A stretch of 63,978 bases of DNA, filler included, from Platydemus manokwari (GCA_037951405.1; 6 parts of 6 records of this genome joined end to end with filler, not necessarily neighbours in it), one strand, 5' to 3'. Numbered from the whole stretch's first letter, positions 1-17,419 are shown. Notes: generated by a model not told the origin, from the sequence alone. Program-made: numbers and translations.

Positions 1-3000
1 ATTATATCAATGGAACTTGTATTTAATTTAGATAATTCCTTGATAAATGATTTTAATTTAATTAATTAATTAATTATTTCATTGTATTTTTGTGTTGAAT
101 TTGATTAATGGTTTAATAAATAATTTTAATTAAATTAATTAATTAGTTTATTGTTATGTTTAATTTGTTGTTTAATAATTTTCAATTAAAATTAATTAAA
201 TTGTTTATCATTTTATTAGATGTTTTTATTGACTGCCATTAATTTGTTATTAATATATTTTTATTTAATTTTTTTATTATTTTAATTTTATAATGATTTT
301 ATTATTATTAAAATTAATTTTCATTAATTTATTATTTTCGATCTAATGAATGTTTGGTTGACGATTTTCCTAAAAAAAATTTAGATATTTGGAAACCTTT
401 TGTGTTCTTTATGGACAACCAGCTCTCCTTTGATCGCATTAATATAATATTTTATTTATTAATTATTTAATTATTATTATTTTTGACCACATAATGATTA
501 ATATCAAATAAATAATGAGAATTATGTTATTAAAATATAAATTAATTATTTTTAAAATTATATCATTGATTATTATTATGATTATTATTTCCAAATAATG
601 ATTTCCTATTATTGAGTTGATAGAAATGATAATATAATCGATATTGATCAATGGTGTTGTGATTGTGCTTGAATAGCAATTGTCCATGAGTAATATCATG
701 ATATCAATTATTTCACGCATCAATTCATCATTTATCAATATAATCTTGTCATGGTGTTGATTTCGACGATCTTGTGTTGTTTTATTAATAATTGAAATAA
801 ATGATAATTATAATAAATTATAATAATTAACTCATTCAATACAATATTTATCCCAAATTATCTTGCTTTACAATTTATTTATATTATTAAAACAATCTAT
901 CACAATGGCTAACTGTTTTTTTGACTAGTTTTCACTCTTTCTATCTTTTCGATTTCAATTTTATTCAAATATTGATATTTTCTCTCCCGTGCCGTCTAGC
1001 TTAATTTTTCTCTCATTTTCTCGATTATTCTAAATTTGTGTGTTCACAACATTCATCTATGAATAGAAATTATTTTCCCCTTGGGTTTTTCTTAGGTAAG
1101 CATCACATGGGAGAAATTGGTAATCTTGTTTTCTAATGCTGACTTGACGATTTTCTCATTGGTTTCTTCCAAATAAATTATTACTTTGAAAATCAAATAA
1201 TAATAATAATAATAATAACAGTTATTTGTGCTTTACATTTGCTTCAATAAACCTAACCATTTTGTTACTTTTAATGTAACCATAACTATTTAATTAATAT
1301 TATGTTCACTTCATCAATATTTGTTCTGGTAGATTTGCTATAAATCGATGATTGCTGTAATTTTCGATTGTTTTATTTTTCAAGTTGATTATTGTAACAA
1401 TCTATTAATCACTGTTTGCACCAATGACGTCATTCGGCAATTGTGTCCTCTACAATTTTGTCATACATTTCTAATCTCAATACATACACTAATCTCTACT
1501 ACATACAATCAAATTGCATTTATTCGTTACTGACTAATCAACCAATGGGTGGCTTTTGTTCTTATTATTAGAGATTTACGTATAATCATATGACGAACAC
1601 GAATATTTGTTGAGTTAGGAAAAATGGTTAAAATGGTTTTAATTTGACGAAAGTAAGTTAAAGAATAAACACATATTTTACGACCCACATTATTATGAAT
1701 ATGAGTAGAATACATCACATACTCATCATTGAAAATGATTTAATTTTCTTATTTTCCCATTGTAATAATAAATGTTGTTCGCAATTGTTATGTTTTTTGA
1801 CATAAATGTTTCCCATATGCCAGTTTTTTTCAATTTTCTTTTCGCCTTTGCTCGTTTCATTTTCGAATTACACTTATTTTCGACGTCTCAATATATGGTC
1901 AGTTTATTTAATTTCTCACGATATGTCCGCCAATGTCTTCGATCTTATTAATTAAATCTCCATTCTTATTTGATAAAAATTTTATTCAATTAATTTAATT
2001 TCTCTCTTGAAAATTTTCATTGTATTCAATAAACATAGAATATATTGATTACATTTCTTTTTATTTATCTCATTTGACTTGATTGGTGAAACTTGTTTTG
2101 GTGATGTTATTTATTATATTGAAATGGAATATTTCAACTCATTTTATAAAATTGTTGTGTTTAATATTTGTTTAATCGTTCAACATCGATAAATTATCAT
2201 TCACGACGAATGAGTGTGTTGAGGGATGGTTGCAATAGATTGTATGAAAGTCATAAATATAATAAAATTTTGTTTATATGACTTTGAATAATCACAAAAC
2301 ATTTATATAATATTCTCTATTTGAAATTTTCACGAATAAAATTTTTAAAAAATCGTGTTTTAGAATTTTAATTTTTTATTGAATTTGATTTTTTTAATAA
2401 TATAAATAAATAATTTTCATTCATTATCTTATGGTTGACAGAAATATCTAGATTAGTTGCTGTATGATGTCCATTTAATTAAATCTTGTAAAGAAACCAT
2501 AATTTCATTCTGTACAATTCAGGGAATTTATAATTTCTTTTGAGCGTTTTTATAACAACTTTTCGATGACCAAGTCACCAATAATGAACACATAAATCAA
2601 TTTATCTATGTTGGATATATATTTAAGAATGAATTCTATCTTGAAAGCCTTTACGATTTTAAGGGGTTGATGTTTAGATGCTCAAATTCGATCACAATAT
2701 ATCGGTCGAATATAGTGATAATTATTGATTTGAGAATATCAGGATCCCGTTTATCATTTGACTGATGTGATCAGAAATTCATCATTAGCTGTTTATGAGT
2801 TGATTCGCATATTATAAATGACAATTTTGCAAAATTTATTACAATGATTGATTTTCATCAACGAGACCTGCAAACCATCAATGAATAAATAAGAGCTCGG
2901 TTGAAGATAGGAAAATGCTTAATTATGTTGTAGGAAATATTTTGTTGTTTAATCTAATTAAAGTTATAAAATATTCATTATGACAAATGAAAGAGAATCT

Positions 3001-3759
3001 GTTATTTTTATAGTTAGTTGCGTTAAGGATTCTAAAGCTATACTAATTGAAGCACATATAGTTTCAATAAATATTGGTCTGATTAAGTATTTCTCTCATC
3101 CAATAGGAATTCGAATCCATTATTTCACAATTCGCTTATTTGTTGATTCGAACTCTCGACGATCTAATTCACTATCGCTTATCAATGTTTATGGGTAACC
3201 ATTGGAAATATGTTTAAGATCTTCATGAGTATACCCTTCTGAATGCATATATGTGCAAAATGTGTGTAATAGATCAAAATTTAACAGATAAAATATATCA
3301 ATAAATTAAAAGTTGTTGAAGAATTAAACTTTTTGGATTGTCTTGACAACAAATCTATTTAAAAAATAAATATGAAACTCTAGTAGAACTATTTCCAAAA
3401 ATAATTCAGTAATGTATTCTTTTATGTGGATTTCTGTAACAATTATTCTCAATATCGGAACTGTAAATAGGTCAATTTAAAATTTGTGATCTGTTATATT
3501 CATTAATAAATAGTTTTTCATCTAATTTCATTTGTTCACTTAGAAATTAAATTGTCCTCAATCAATCTAAATTGACCTTCATGCAAAAATCTTTAATAGA
3601 TTGGGGAACAAGGGTTTCATACCACTTGTTTATCATTCAATGCTTATAAAAATATTTTAAATTTTCATCAATCAATTAAGTCAACACCATACAATAAACA
3701 GAAATTACTAAATATCGCCAATTTAAATGGGAAATATTCTATTAAATAATTTTGAGCAC

Positions 3760-3845
3760 CCATTCATCAGCCCATTCAATCATCAACCCAATCGTTCATC
3801 AGCCCATTCAATCATCAACCCAATCGTTAATCAACCCATTCATCA
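3760..3845. repeat. Short tandem repeat, ~32-nt unit (ttcatcagcccattcaatcatcaacccaatcg), ~2.5 copies
   Basis: Two near-identical adjacent copies plus partial flanking copies read directly from the sequence. Confidence 0.85.
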
Positions 3846-4271
3846 AGCTTATTAAGTGTATTCCAACATAAATAATTTCTTCTTTGAAAGATTTTAAGAA
3901 CATCATTTATCATCATACAGTTCACATTACCTTTTTGAAAACCCTTCCTTATAATAATTTAATATCTTATTAATCTGACGTAACAATTAAACTAACATGT
4001 CCGGCTTTATTGATTCACTAAAAAATCAAGCATAATCAATTATAAAATAACTTCAATAATGAGGATATAATATTCTTTTTTTAATATTTATTTTAACAGT
4101 TTCCCAATTTGAAGATTTCCTGACAATTTATATTTGTTATTATTAGATTGATTAATCTGTAAATATCTTTCTTGTTATGAATTATATTATTATGTTGATT
4201 GTGATGAGGATGTATTAGGGTTATTATGATGTATTTCACGTTTTGGTTTTTTCAAATATTGCCTTTTTCAG

Positions 4272-4909
4272 GTTGTTTTGCAATTTAGCATTACCGATAT
4301 ATTCTGGGAGAGAAATTATCCTCATATTGAGTGTCCAGACACCCGCTTACATATTTTAAATCTGGATTTTTACGGAAAGGAAGGCGTATTGGTAGCCCAT
4401 GTGTGGGCCGGGTCTGGATTACATATTACTAACCGAAAAGATGAAGATGTTGTGAATGATCTTCTGAATATTCTCAAGGGAATGTATTGTAAAAAGTTCG
4501 CATCTCGATCGTTTCCCAAACCCCTTCATTATGTTGTGACGCGATGGTCGGAGGATCCTTTTTCATTGGGTAGCTACACCAGTGGTAATATAACAACATC
4601 CGATGAAGATAGACACGCTTATGGCGCTAGTTTACCATCGCCTGTATGTGTCATGACGAACTGGTTTTTGTATGAAACTTTATTTGTATTCAGACTATGC
4701 CCAGATTATTATTTTGTGGAGAAGGAACAGTTGATAGTAAAGGAGCTCAACAGTGCACTCACGGAGCTTTTCTCAGCGGTGTAGAGAAGGCCATTAGTGT
4801 GCTGGATCACATTAATAAGGGGCCTTCTAGAATCAATTCCATTCGCATCATTGACTATCTGACTACGAAATCCACCAAACTTTTCCCACCCCATTCTATG
4901 TCTAGGTAA
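4272..4909 (+). CDS. C-terminal exons of a flavin-containing amine oxidase (polyamine oxidase/LSD1-like family); 5' part not found
   Basis: Exon 4272-4643 follows tttttcag and reads VVLQF..FW...VVTRWSEDPFSLGSY. A 50-nt intron (4644-4693, gtatgt..cag) precedes exon 4694-4906, TMPRLLFCGEGT....THGAFLSG. These match the amine-oxidase motifs 'W..DP...GSY', 'L.FAGE.T' and 'HGA..SG'. The gene ends at TAA 4907-4909 or splices at ag|gtaag. Confidence 0.85.
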
Positions 4910-4971
4910 GGATAAGAGGAGTTAATTATCAATTATAAATTTATTGATTTATTCAAATTATTTATTTTTTA

Positions 4972-5210
4972 TTGATTAATTTTTATTATTTGTTTTTATT
5001 GATTGATTTAAATTATTTGTTTATATTGATCAATTTTAATTATTTGTTTTTATTGATTGATTTTAATTATTTGTTTTTATTGATTGATTTAAATTATTTG
5101 TTTTTATTGATCAATTTTAATTATTTGTTTTTATTGATTAATTTTAATTATTTGTTTTTATTGATTAATTTTAATTATTTGTTTTTATTGATTAATTTCA
5201 ATTATTTATT
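4972..5210. repeat. 27-nt minisatellite (ttgattaattttaattatttgttttta), ~9 copies
   Basis: Tandem copies are visible and explain the spurious ORF 4972-5223 (LINFNYLFL repeats). Confidence 0.92.
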
Positions 5211-7934
5211 CCCCATAAATTAATTTAAACAACTATTTATTGATTAATTTATCAATCAACAATACACATATTCAGAAGATGTATGCGCAGACAGCTCAGA
5301 TCTCCCCTGAAAACAGTGAAAAAGTGCGAAAATGCTAACAAACAGGCAAAGTTGTCACTGAAACATTGCAAAAATCATCTGAAAATAGATCAGCCAGTAT
5401 CATCGAGTTTGAAATAATATTATTATTATATTTAACCAGGATTTCAATATTAATGTTTCGAGTATTTATGCCTGTAATTTTTAATTAAAAATGTTTTTAC
5501 TTGCTATTATATAAAATGTTTGAACATTTCTCTGCTAGCATTTTGTCGATTTGGTTCTTAACAGGCATTTTATATTGAAATGATAATGGAAAATATCACA
5601 AAATGTTGGTCCAAATCATATTAATTTTGGTGTAGAAATTTGAAGCTGTTGCGCGGTGAGCATTTTCTGATGAAGAAAACTGTCATAAAATTATGAACTA
5701 AATATTGATTATCTATAAAGATTATAGAGACAGCTTTACTAGTTCTGCTTATTATACCAGATGACCTTTTCTATTACAATACAATTTATCAATCATTATT
5801 CACAACAAGTTGTCCCAACTGTGATATTTTGTCTTCATTTATATCTATTGTAACTAATCCAATAATGTATGCGGTCACCCGTCACCCATGATCATGTTCG
5901 AATGGGATTAATTAATTATTGTAATTTGTAATTCATTAGATTAGTTGATTACAGTGAGTCAACAGACAGAATATTGTTTTATTAAATTGATCAAAATTAA
6001 CAATTCGAAAATAATCAGATACCACGATTTTCGAGTGTCATTTAATCTCCTCTGTCATTATATACAAATGATCTTTCTTATTGGCGAATATAAACCATTG
6101 GTTTATCATTAGTGGATTCAAAAATGAGCTGTTTTGTTTCTGTTTCTACAGTAAACATAGTTGCTATAAAGAGATAACAATGGCCTGATGATCTGATAAT
6201 ATCGCCGTTGCCTTATAAAGAAATTACTCCAACAATCAATTTCAAAAATTAATAAAATTATAGGCAGAATTATAATTATGATAATATTACAAAGTGCATT
6301 AATATGTCTAGTCTCGATATATTGTGAAATGGCAATTCGCTTGAGAAATGATATATTATTGACATGGACATTCATTCAAAAGTAATACACAAAACGAACA
6401 ATTGTTATACTCTTCATCAAAAATATGAGTGAAAAAATTTGGAGGTTTGCATACTAAAAATAAACGACTTTAGAAAACGTGATGTATAGAGAGTATTTCA
6501 ATATCTATGTCGAGATTCTAATGATTAAGTTCTAGATAAAAATATACGATTTGTAAAATTGTTATCAATTAGATAATGCTTTATAATCTCACTCCAAAGA
6601 TATTTTCTATTTAGATTCGAACAAGTGTTTCACAAAGATTAATTGATCAAATTCAATGCACTACAATCGTTCTTGTTTCAAGATTATTGTTATAAAATTG
6701 AATAATTATATAATCAAATATACAATTGAAAGAATATGATAAAGGCAATGAAACGTATTGATGTATTTAAATAATGCAAATTGTCTATAACATTATAATT
6801 GTATAAATCTTGACTTAAACGAACATTGCTGTCACCTAACACCAGAATACTAGTTATCTTTAACATAAATTGATAGAATTGAAATTGATGTGTATTTAGT
6901 TAATCTTAGTCCGTTTTTGAGAAATTATTATCTTAGATAATCCTGTTTGATTATAAATATAAATTATTACTAGAGGATCTCTTTTCCTGAACAGCTGATG
7001 AATTACGATGTACGATTTACTTTAAAATAGATTTGAGTTACGAGGCTGAACAAATTGTAATAAATTGTGCTTATAATCTTGTGCGATAACTTGCTCTACC
7101 TTTATTTACTTTGTGGTGAAAAATCAAGTTTATTAATTTCATGGCTGATATGGCTTTATTCAGTTTCTCCGAGAACACAGTTTGGTTTGTGGTACATGTT
7201 TATTTGTTTGTTGTTTAAAACAACTCAGCAGCGTGAGTCCCTTTATTATTTTTTATATATGACAACTCAAAGATTTGCGACAAACTTTATTAAAATTAAA
7301 AAGATAATATACCACAACATTTTCACACTGATTAACTCGTACACGGATTTTATAAAAAAAACAAATTAAGTGTGGTTATCTCACAGAGACCGTGAGAACC
7401 TTGACGTAGGCCTTAATATTTTAATATAAATTTTAAGATAATATGTTATAGACTCCAAAGGGTGATCCTTTAGAGCAAAAAATAAACAATATTCTTGGTT
7501 TTAAAATGAAAACAATTGATTACTCGTTTTATGTTGGTTATTCAAAATCGCTGTAGTCAGATTTTTAAGAGTGAATTGTGATGGAAATCCCTCAGCTTAT
7601 ATAGCCGTTGAAATTCGGTATTTTGTACCCAGGAATTTCCATCACGCTTATACATTTTAAACCATTTTTTCACTTTTGATCTTTAATATTTATAATTATA
7701 AAAGTTCAAAACCTTAAATATGCTTTATAATTTACTTAACCTTATAAATTTTATTGTTAAAATTACTGACATTACTTATTAATTGTTATTAAATTTTTGA
7801 CATTTAAAATTAACTATTTTATTTTTTTTTCACTCGTTGTTATTTCTTTTATTTATAAATTATATATATATCAATTTATATTTCTTTCCTCAAAAACAAA
7901 TCATAGTTCATAATCAAAATCAAAATAATTACAG

Positions 7935-8121
7935 AATATTCAATATCAATTGGATTACAAAAATGTTCACAATAATAAATTACAAAAATTTTCATTAATG
8001 TTGGATCAAAAATGTTCAAGATACAAAAGTTATAAAATATCAATATTCGATATCGATTGGATTACAAAAATATTCACAAAAATGTTCATTTATGTTGGAT
8101 CAAAAATGTTCAAGATACAAA
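7935..8121. repeat. Imperfect tandem duplication of ~95-107 nt
   Basis: aatattc(a/g)atatc(a/g)attggattacaaaaat...tgttggatcaaaaatgttcaagatacaaa occurs twice in succession. Confidence 0.75.
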
Positions 8122-8499
8122 TATTAAGTCAAAATATTGGATTGATTGAATTAGGATTTGACTCCTTGGATCGCAGATGGGAATCTCCACCGACACCAGG
8201 CGTCTAAATCCACGCTCCAGCTTTGGGTAGCCCAAGATTCCCCTGATTTCATTACTATTGCCGCGGGTTTAACTGTTGGTGTTCCGAGTCTTTCGGGTCT
8301 CTGTTTTGGAGGTGCTTTTGGTCTCTGGTCTTTTGAACTTATCAGTGCTCATTAATGGTTTGTTTTGCTGCGGCTGTTTTTGGGACAGCTGTTGCTGCTG
8401 TTTCTATTCACTATATGTTTTGATAGTACATGGAATTTTTTCGTCCTCGCTCTCTTCACTATATGAATAGAGCACAAGACGTTCCATGCTATCCCAACA
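8093..8499 (-). mobile_element. Possible solo LTR-like element (TGTTGG...CCAACA termini)
   Basis: GC-richer non-coding block bounded by 6-bp inverted termini like other solo LTRs here. The left end could instead be 7999. No clean TSD. Confidence 0.4.
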
Positions 8500-9370
8500 C
8501 ATTATTGATGTGCACAAAGCTGGGCTTAGTATGTTCAATGATTAAATACACTGAACTTTGTTGGTTTGATGATTTAGTAAATTTTAGTAAGTGTAAGTAA
8601 GGTTTTTTGTGACTGGTACCCTCAACAGAAGTAGCTAAAAGTTAAAAATAATTTAAATCATTATAACAATATCTAAAGCCACCCATCCCTCCGTCTTTAT
8701 ACATGGATTGGTCTGATCGAGGCGAAGGAATATCAAAAATATTAGGTTTTGTGATTACTTGTTTGTCATAAGGACTCAGAGAGCTGATTTGACTCAGATA
8801 TTGTCAAAACGAGTAAAATTCACAATTTGAAATTAAAATAAAAGAAAACCAGTTAGCCCTAAAATCATTAGTTTAGTGACTTTGATTATTAATGTAATAC
8901 CTGGCAATTAAAATTGGAGAAAATGACGATTTTTTCGCCTGTAGGAGGTATTCTTGTTGATTACTTGTTGATTACGAGGTTGTGCTGTTCTCTTTTATCA
9001 AAGTTGTATTTCTCTATTTCATTTTCAATGACCAGAACGTTTTTAAATTGAGTGTTTATTTATTTTTCTAATTTTTCTTCCAATTTTAGATATATTTGAC
9101 TGACTTCTTGAACTATATTTTCTGAACTATGTATATATTCTGAACTATATTTTCTTGAACTATATAGGTCTGATCAATGATTTGGGACAAACAATTGTAT
9201 ACAGCTTTAGAATTCATTAGAATTCAAAGATTGATATTTCAAGATATTTTTCAACAGATTCTGAATTAGTAATGAGTGCAAACATTGTTTATAATTTGTA
9301 TCATAGTTTTGTTTAACTACATTGTTTTTATGATATTTTTTTAAAAAAATTGAAGATTAAAAGCTGATCA

Positions 9371-10157
9371 ATGTTCGAACAATTAAAGTTCTGTTGCATA
9401 ATTTGCTATAAAACTCCATTTGAAGTTACGACACACTGTGGACATAATATTTGTCAGTAAGCTAAAATACTGTACCATTTAAATTGGAATTTTATATTTT
9501 ACTTAGTAAATGTTTTGATCAATATATATCTATTATTAAAATATATCCTGTACCATGTTTTCTATGTGGAAGTAATTTATCTGATCAAGAATGTGAAGAG
9601 GTTTAGTTTAATGTATTCACAATTAATACATAGTTTGTTTTGTAAACTTTTACATAATGAACAATGTTGCTAATTTTTAACTGTTAACAACTAAATCAAA
9701 GGATAATATAATCCAAGGAAATATTACATTTTTCTAATAAACTAATTTGACGTTGTTTTGAAAGAAAATTGTGATTAATTATAATTCTCATGATTACCTT
9801 GATTTATTAATGTATATAACAATCATTTATTTTTAGAACATCGGCCAGGAAGTACTGCCTCTATTTAGAGAGGTAAAACATCATTATAATACAGTTAGAA
9901 ATAAAAACTTATTGCCATGCTTTGATGCATCTTGTATGGGAACTTTTGATAGCGAGGGAAAGGAAATTGAAAATTTTATTTGTAATGTTTGCAATCAGAC
10001 ATCATGTTGTAAATGTAAAGCAATACATCAAAAAGATGAAACATGCGCAGATTGGGAAAAAAATAATCCAGATTGGATAAAGACTCAGCGTAAAGGAATA
10101 AAAGATAACAAGGTAATTAAGAATATAATTGATAAGAAGGTGATAAATGGTAATTAA
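9371..10157 (+). CDS. RING-HC + IBR zinc-finger protein (RBR E3 ligase-like, resembling HOIL-1/RBCK1); apparently truncated
   Basis: Exons 9371-9456, 9507-9600 and 9837-10157, joined by GT-AG introns, stay in frame. RING1: CIIC...HCGHNICHKC...PCFLC. IBR: CFDASC...FICNVCNQTSCCKCKAIH....TC. The 'F.C.VC....C..CKAIH' pattern matches the RBCK1 IBR as I recall it. Confidence 0.72.
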
Positions 10158-10206
10158 TTGATGGTTCACTGGGTGGATGTGGTGATATAAATGGAAACAT
10201 CACAGT

Positions 10207-10306
10207 NNNNNNNNNNNNNNNNNNNNNNNNNNNNNNNNNNNNNNNNNNNNTTAATTAATTAANNNNNNNNNNNNNNNNNNNNNNNNNNNNNNNNNNNNNN
10301 NNNNNN
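10207..10306. other. Artificial contig linker N44-TTAATTAATTAA-N44
   Basis: Palindromic spacer with stop codons in all six frames, embedded in Ns; identical at five places. Confidence 0.98.
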
Positions 10307-10928
10307 TTATTATGTTTATTTAATCCTTGACACTAAGGATTAAATAAACATAATAAAACTGATGAGTAATAATAATAATGATAATAGCTATGGTAATAAT
10401 AGTGATGATGGGTACAGTAAAAAATAATAATAATCATGAAAAAAAATATTAAAAAATCAAATAATAAAATGATAAAAATTATAATTAATTAATAAAGAAG
10501 AATAAACAATTCGGATTTATCAACAAATAAAAATCGTAATAGAATAAATATAAACCAACCTGAAAGCATATACAAATGATTTTATATGAATTAGTCCATC
10601 AGCTTTTAAAACCACAACCACGGGTTACAACATCTTTGAAACACCAATCTTCCTCTTCTTCTTGAGATCAAGATTATGAATCGCCATTTAATAAAAACAA
10701 AAAAATTAATTAGAAAGAGAATAATTGCACTTTTATATCCCTCTTTCTTCGCGGAGATACCTTTAATGAAATTAATAACAATAAAAAGCGAAGGCGATAC
10801 CTAAAAATCAAGAAATGATGAAATTAATGGCAAAAAATTTCTAGTTATGATACAGCTTTGTAAACTAAATAAATTTAATTAATTAATAATAACAAAGAGG
10901 AATCTCTGATTATTATTTAGAATTTATA

Positions 10929-11097
10929 TGTTGGCGTTTGAGTTTTCAATATTTTAAATGAATTTTTATTAACACATATTTTGAGAGGTTACAGTGATAG
11001 TTTGAGCAAGATAAATACAAATATGAATAATTTTGATATAATTAGTTGAAAATATTTTTTTAATTATTAGTCTTCATTTTTAAATCTAAACCTCACA
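10929..11097 (-). mobile_element. Short (~170 nt) solo LTR, family A (TGTGAGG...CCAACA)
   Basis: Minus strand begins tgtgaggttt and ends cgccaaca, with a near-TSD (tata/tatt). Homologous to the PPT-preceded LTR at 36310 and to 33431-33563. Confidence 0.65.
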
Positions 11098-11375
11098 TAT
11101 TTCGTTTACGAATTGTTTTATTTCGTCGCTGATTAGATTAGACCTAAACCTTATCATAGCCATAATATTTAATATATTTATTTACATAATTGAATGAAAA
11201 GCAAATATTTTAATACAAGATACTGTTTTATTTAAGAATATCGGTGAATTCGACAATGGCATGAATGAATTGTTGTTAGTAATATTCTGGTTGCTAGCAC
11301 CACTTTAATCAAACATAGAAAAATAGAGTCAACTTCTTATATTTTGAGGACAAAATCTTCTGGAGGAGGGAGATA

Positions 11376-11880
11376 TGTTGAGTGAGATGAAAATCTGCAA
11401 AAAGAAAAACGAAATTACACCTTGGAACCCTTGTTTTGGCACTTTGGGTATTTACATGCCTACACGACAATACAGGCATACCAATCGGCCAATTACAGTG
11501 AAGCTAGCTAGCAAATTAAAATCGGGAAAAAGGGCATAACTACACAGAACACACATCTAGGGATTGACCAATCCCATTCATGTAAAACCTAAATATCCAA
11601 TAAGAGCACAGAAAAGCAAACACCAAATCAATCATGACACAGAAAGATGCGCACAGATCGCAAGTATAAAAGTAATGTAAAGATAGACAACTGCCAGTTG
11701 GCAGCCAGATTTGGTGAAGTTATTGAGCTCATATTAATTGCCAAGATTTTGTCAGTGTAATTTGTATATTAATTTGTCGAGGTTTGTTAATGTGTTTTGT
11801 ATATTGATTTGTTGAGGTTTTGTCAGTGTGTTTTTGTATAATCGAGGAGTCAGAGTTTAATATTCGTTAATACCCCAACA
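11376..11880 (+). mobile_element. Solo LTR (~505 nt)
   Basis: TGTTG...CAACA inverted termini, several CCAAT boxes (11481, 11489, 11568, 11597), TATAAAA at 11665 and a GT-rich 3' part: typical U3-R-U5 layout. Confidence 0.65.
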
Positions 11881-12676
11881 TAAATATATTTAAGTTATTA
11901 TTTGATATGGTGCTTTCATCTGGTAAAATAAAAAAATTGCCTGCTGCTTAAACCAACGAATCTGAAATTACTTTACTTCCATTGGATTATCATGGCTTTT
12001 TAAATATTTTAAAATTTTCTGCTTCATTTTATTTATTTATGAGGCACTAGAAAAATGCTTGACAATGACAATTTAAATTATCGATATTTCTTCCAAACAA
12101 TGTTTCCAATATTGGATTTTTAAAAGAGTATCATAATTATCATAATTTCAAAAATAAATCCAAATTATGATAATTTCATAATTTTGGTAACAAATTTGAA
12201 AAATATTTATTAATTAAATCAAGTTTTCTTTAATGCAATTACTATTCTAAATTTACTCCTACTTTCGTACAAAAATGATTATACAAATTTTATAAATGTT
12301 CTTGTATTTATTATCGTTTAAAGAAATTTGAAAAATAGACATACTAAGACTTCTAGTAATTATTTTGATATTTTGTTTACTAAGATAAAATGCTACTTAT
12401 TTACTAAGATAAATGCTACTGATCACCAACTTACAAACAAAGTTAACTAAATAAAATGCATTTCACTTAAAAAACTAAAATGTACAGAAAATATGCATAT
12501 TCAAATTTTTATTTGTTTAAATAATCAAAGAGGTAGGTGTGGTCTAATTGAAATTTTCGGTATTTATTTCTAAAATTACGTTAAATTGTTACATTTGATC
12601 TAGAACGAATTTTTATAATTTTTTTCTTATCTTTCAGATAATAAATTTTTTCTTTTATAATTTATATCGAATTCAA

Positions 12677-16151
<3,475 letters not shown>

Positions 16152-17419
16152 AATAATTTTTTTCGTTATTTCCTTTTTTTAGGGACGAATTAAGATTTGT
16201 ATGGTGTGCTAGTGTGCTTGTGTGTGTGTGTGGAAGTGCATTTAGATGAATTATATATTTATTCAATTGACTTGGTTGGTTTTGTATCTGGTTATTTTTT
16301 CTAGTAATAAAGATAATTTTTTGTCATTTTTATTCTCCTGGGATGGAAAAGAATTTTCCAGATCTGATTAATGTTTAAATCGTATGGAAAATGAGTGAAA
16401 TAATTTGACATCTCAGACATATGGTTAAATTTGTTGGATGTGAGTGATAATTTTTGGAGAAAAAATGTTTTATCGATAGAGTTTGTTCATCACCATGGCA
16501 TTAAGTAAATATTTTCCATGGCGGTAAAACTGAATTGTGATATTATCCGTTCATCAATCCCTTTGATTATTTGTTATTGAAATTTAATAGTAATGATAAA
16601 AAATAATAATATGGATATTGGTTAATATGTTTATATAAGTTAATTAAATCAGTAATTTTTAAAAATTAATTATTAATTATCGCTTGAATTTACTTTTGTA
16701 AGAAAAATGTAAGGCATAGGATTGAAATGAAAATAGTTTTCAGTAAATTTATAATTAGTTCGATGCAATATTAAAAATCAATGAAAAAATTCGAACAGTT
16801 GATCGAAAGAAATTTTATATCGAAATAATTTTAATGTGACGTTGTGGGGGCTATTTGAACTATTCTCACTGCTTCTAATATCAGCTTTCAAAACTATTAA
16901 AAAACAAATTTCACAATCAATAATATCAATCGTAATATTTAGTCTATGGCCTATCTAGAATTAAGCACTGCTTAATATTGAGTCGAAGTGGAAGAATTGA
17001 ATATTATTTACGAAATTGATATTTTAAATGCGCATTAAATTTTTGGTTTACCTGGTGGCGTTATTATTGATCTACCAAAGTACAGTTCGAAGAGAGATGA
17101 TGGTCTGTAATGAGGTAATTTGTAAATAATATTCACAGGAAGCATTTATTTAAAGAACTACCAAATATCTGATTCATAGCAGAAAATAACAGTTGCCCAA
17201 GAAATTATAAGTTAACATAAATATTTTATTTCATGAATCAAAATCTGAAAACGGAGCTTTATTCCACAATTAATGAGCACAATAAATACAATAAAAATAT
17301 CAAAAATGATATCAAATGTTTAAGCAATAGACAATTCTATTTAAAAAATATATGTCAGCCAATGGCAGGAACTCATGCCATCTGACCCTATGATCCCTAT
17401 TAAATCAATAACTAAGGCT

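Noticed and set aside
1-880. ORF 463-738 and other Ile/Asn-rich ORFs
   Set aside because: Low-complexity AT-rich DNA; translations are compositional artefacts.
1527-1718. Weak resemblance to the hAT/Buster transposase 'GRK...HC.IHR' region
   Set aside because: Key residues absent and no supporting flanking motifs or TIRs.
3195-3260. Minus-strand YMHSEGYTHEDLK resembling the kinase HRDLK loop
   Set aside because: Immediately followed by a stop; no DFG/APE or other subdomains found.
4972-5223. 83-aa repetitive ORF
   Set aside because: Translation of a 27-nt minisatellite; no unique spacers, so not a CRISPR array either.
5500-5600. Minus-strand VKNQIDKMLAE resembling the gypsy pre-RT helix
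   Set aside because: Too short, and no adjacent RT motifs could be read.
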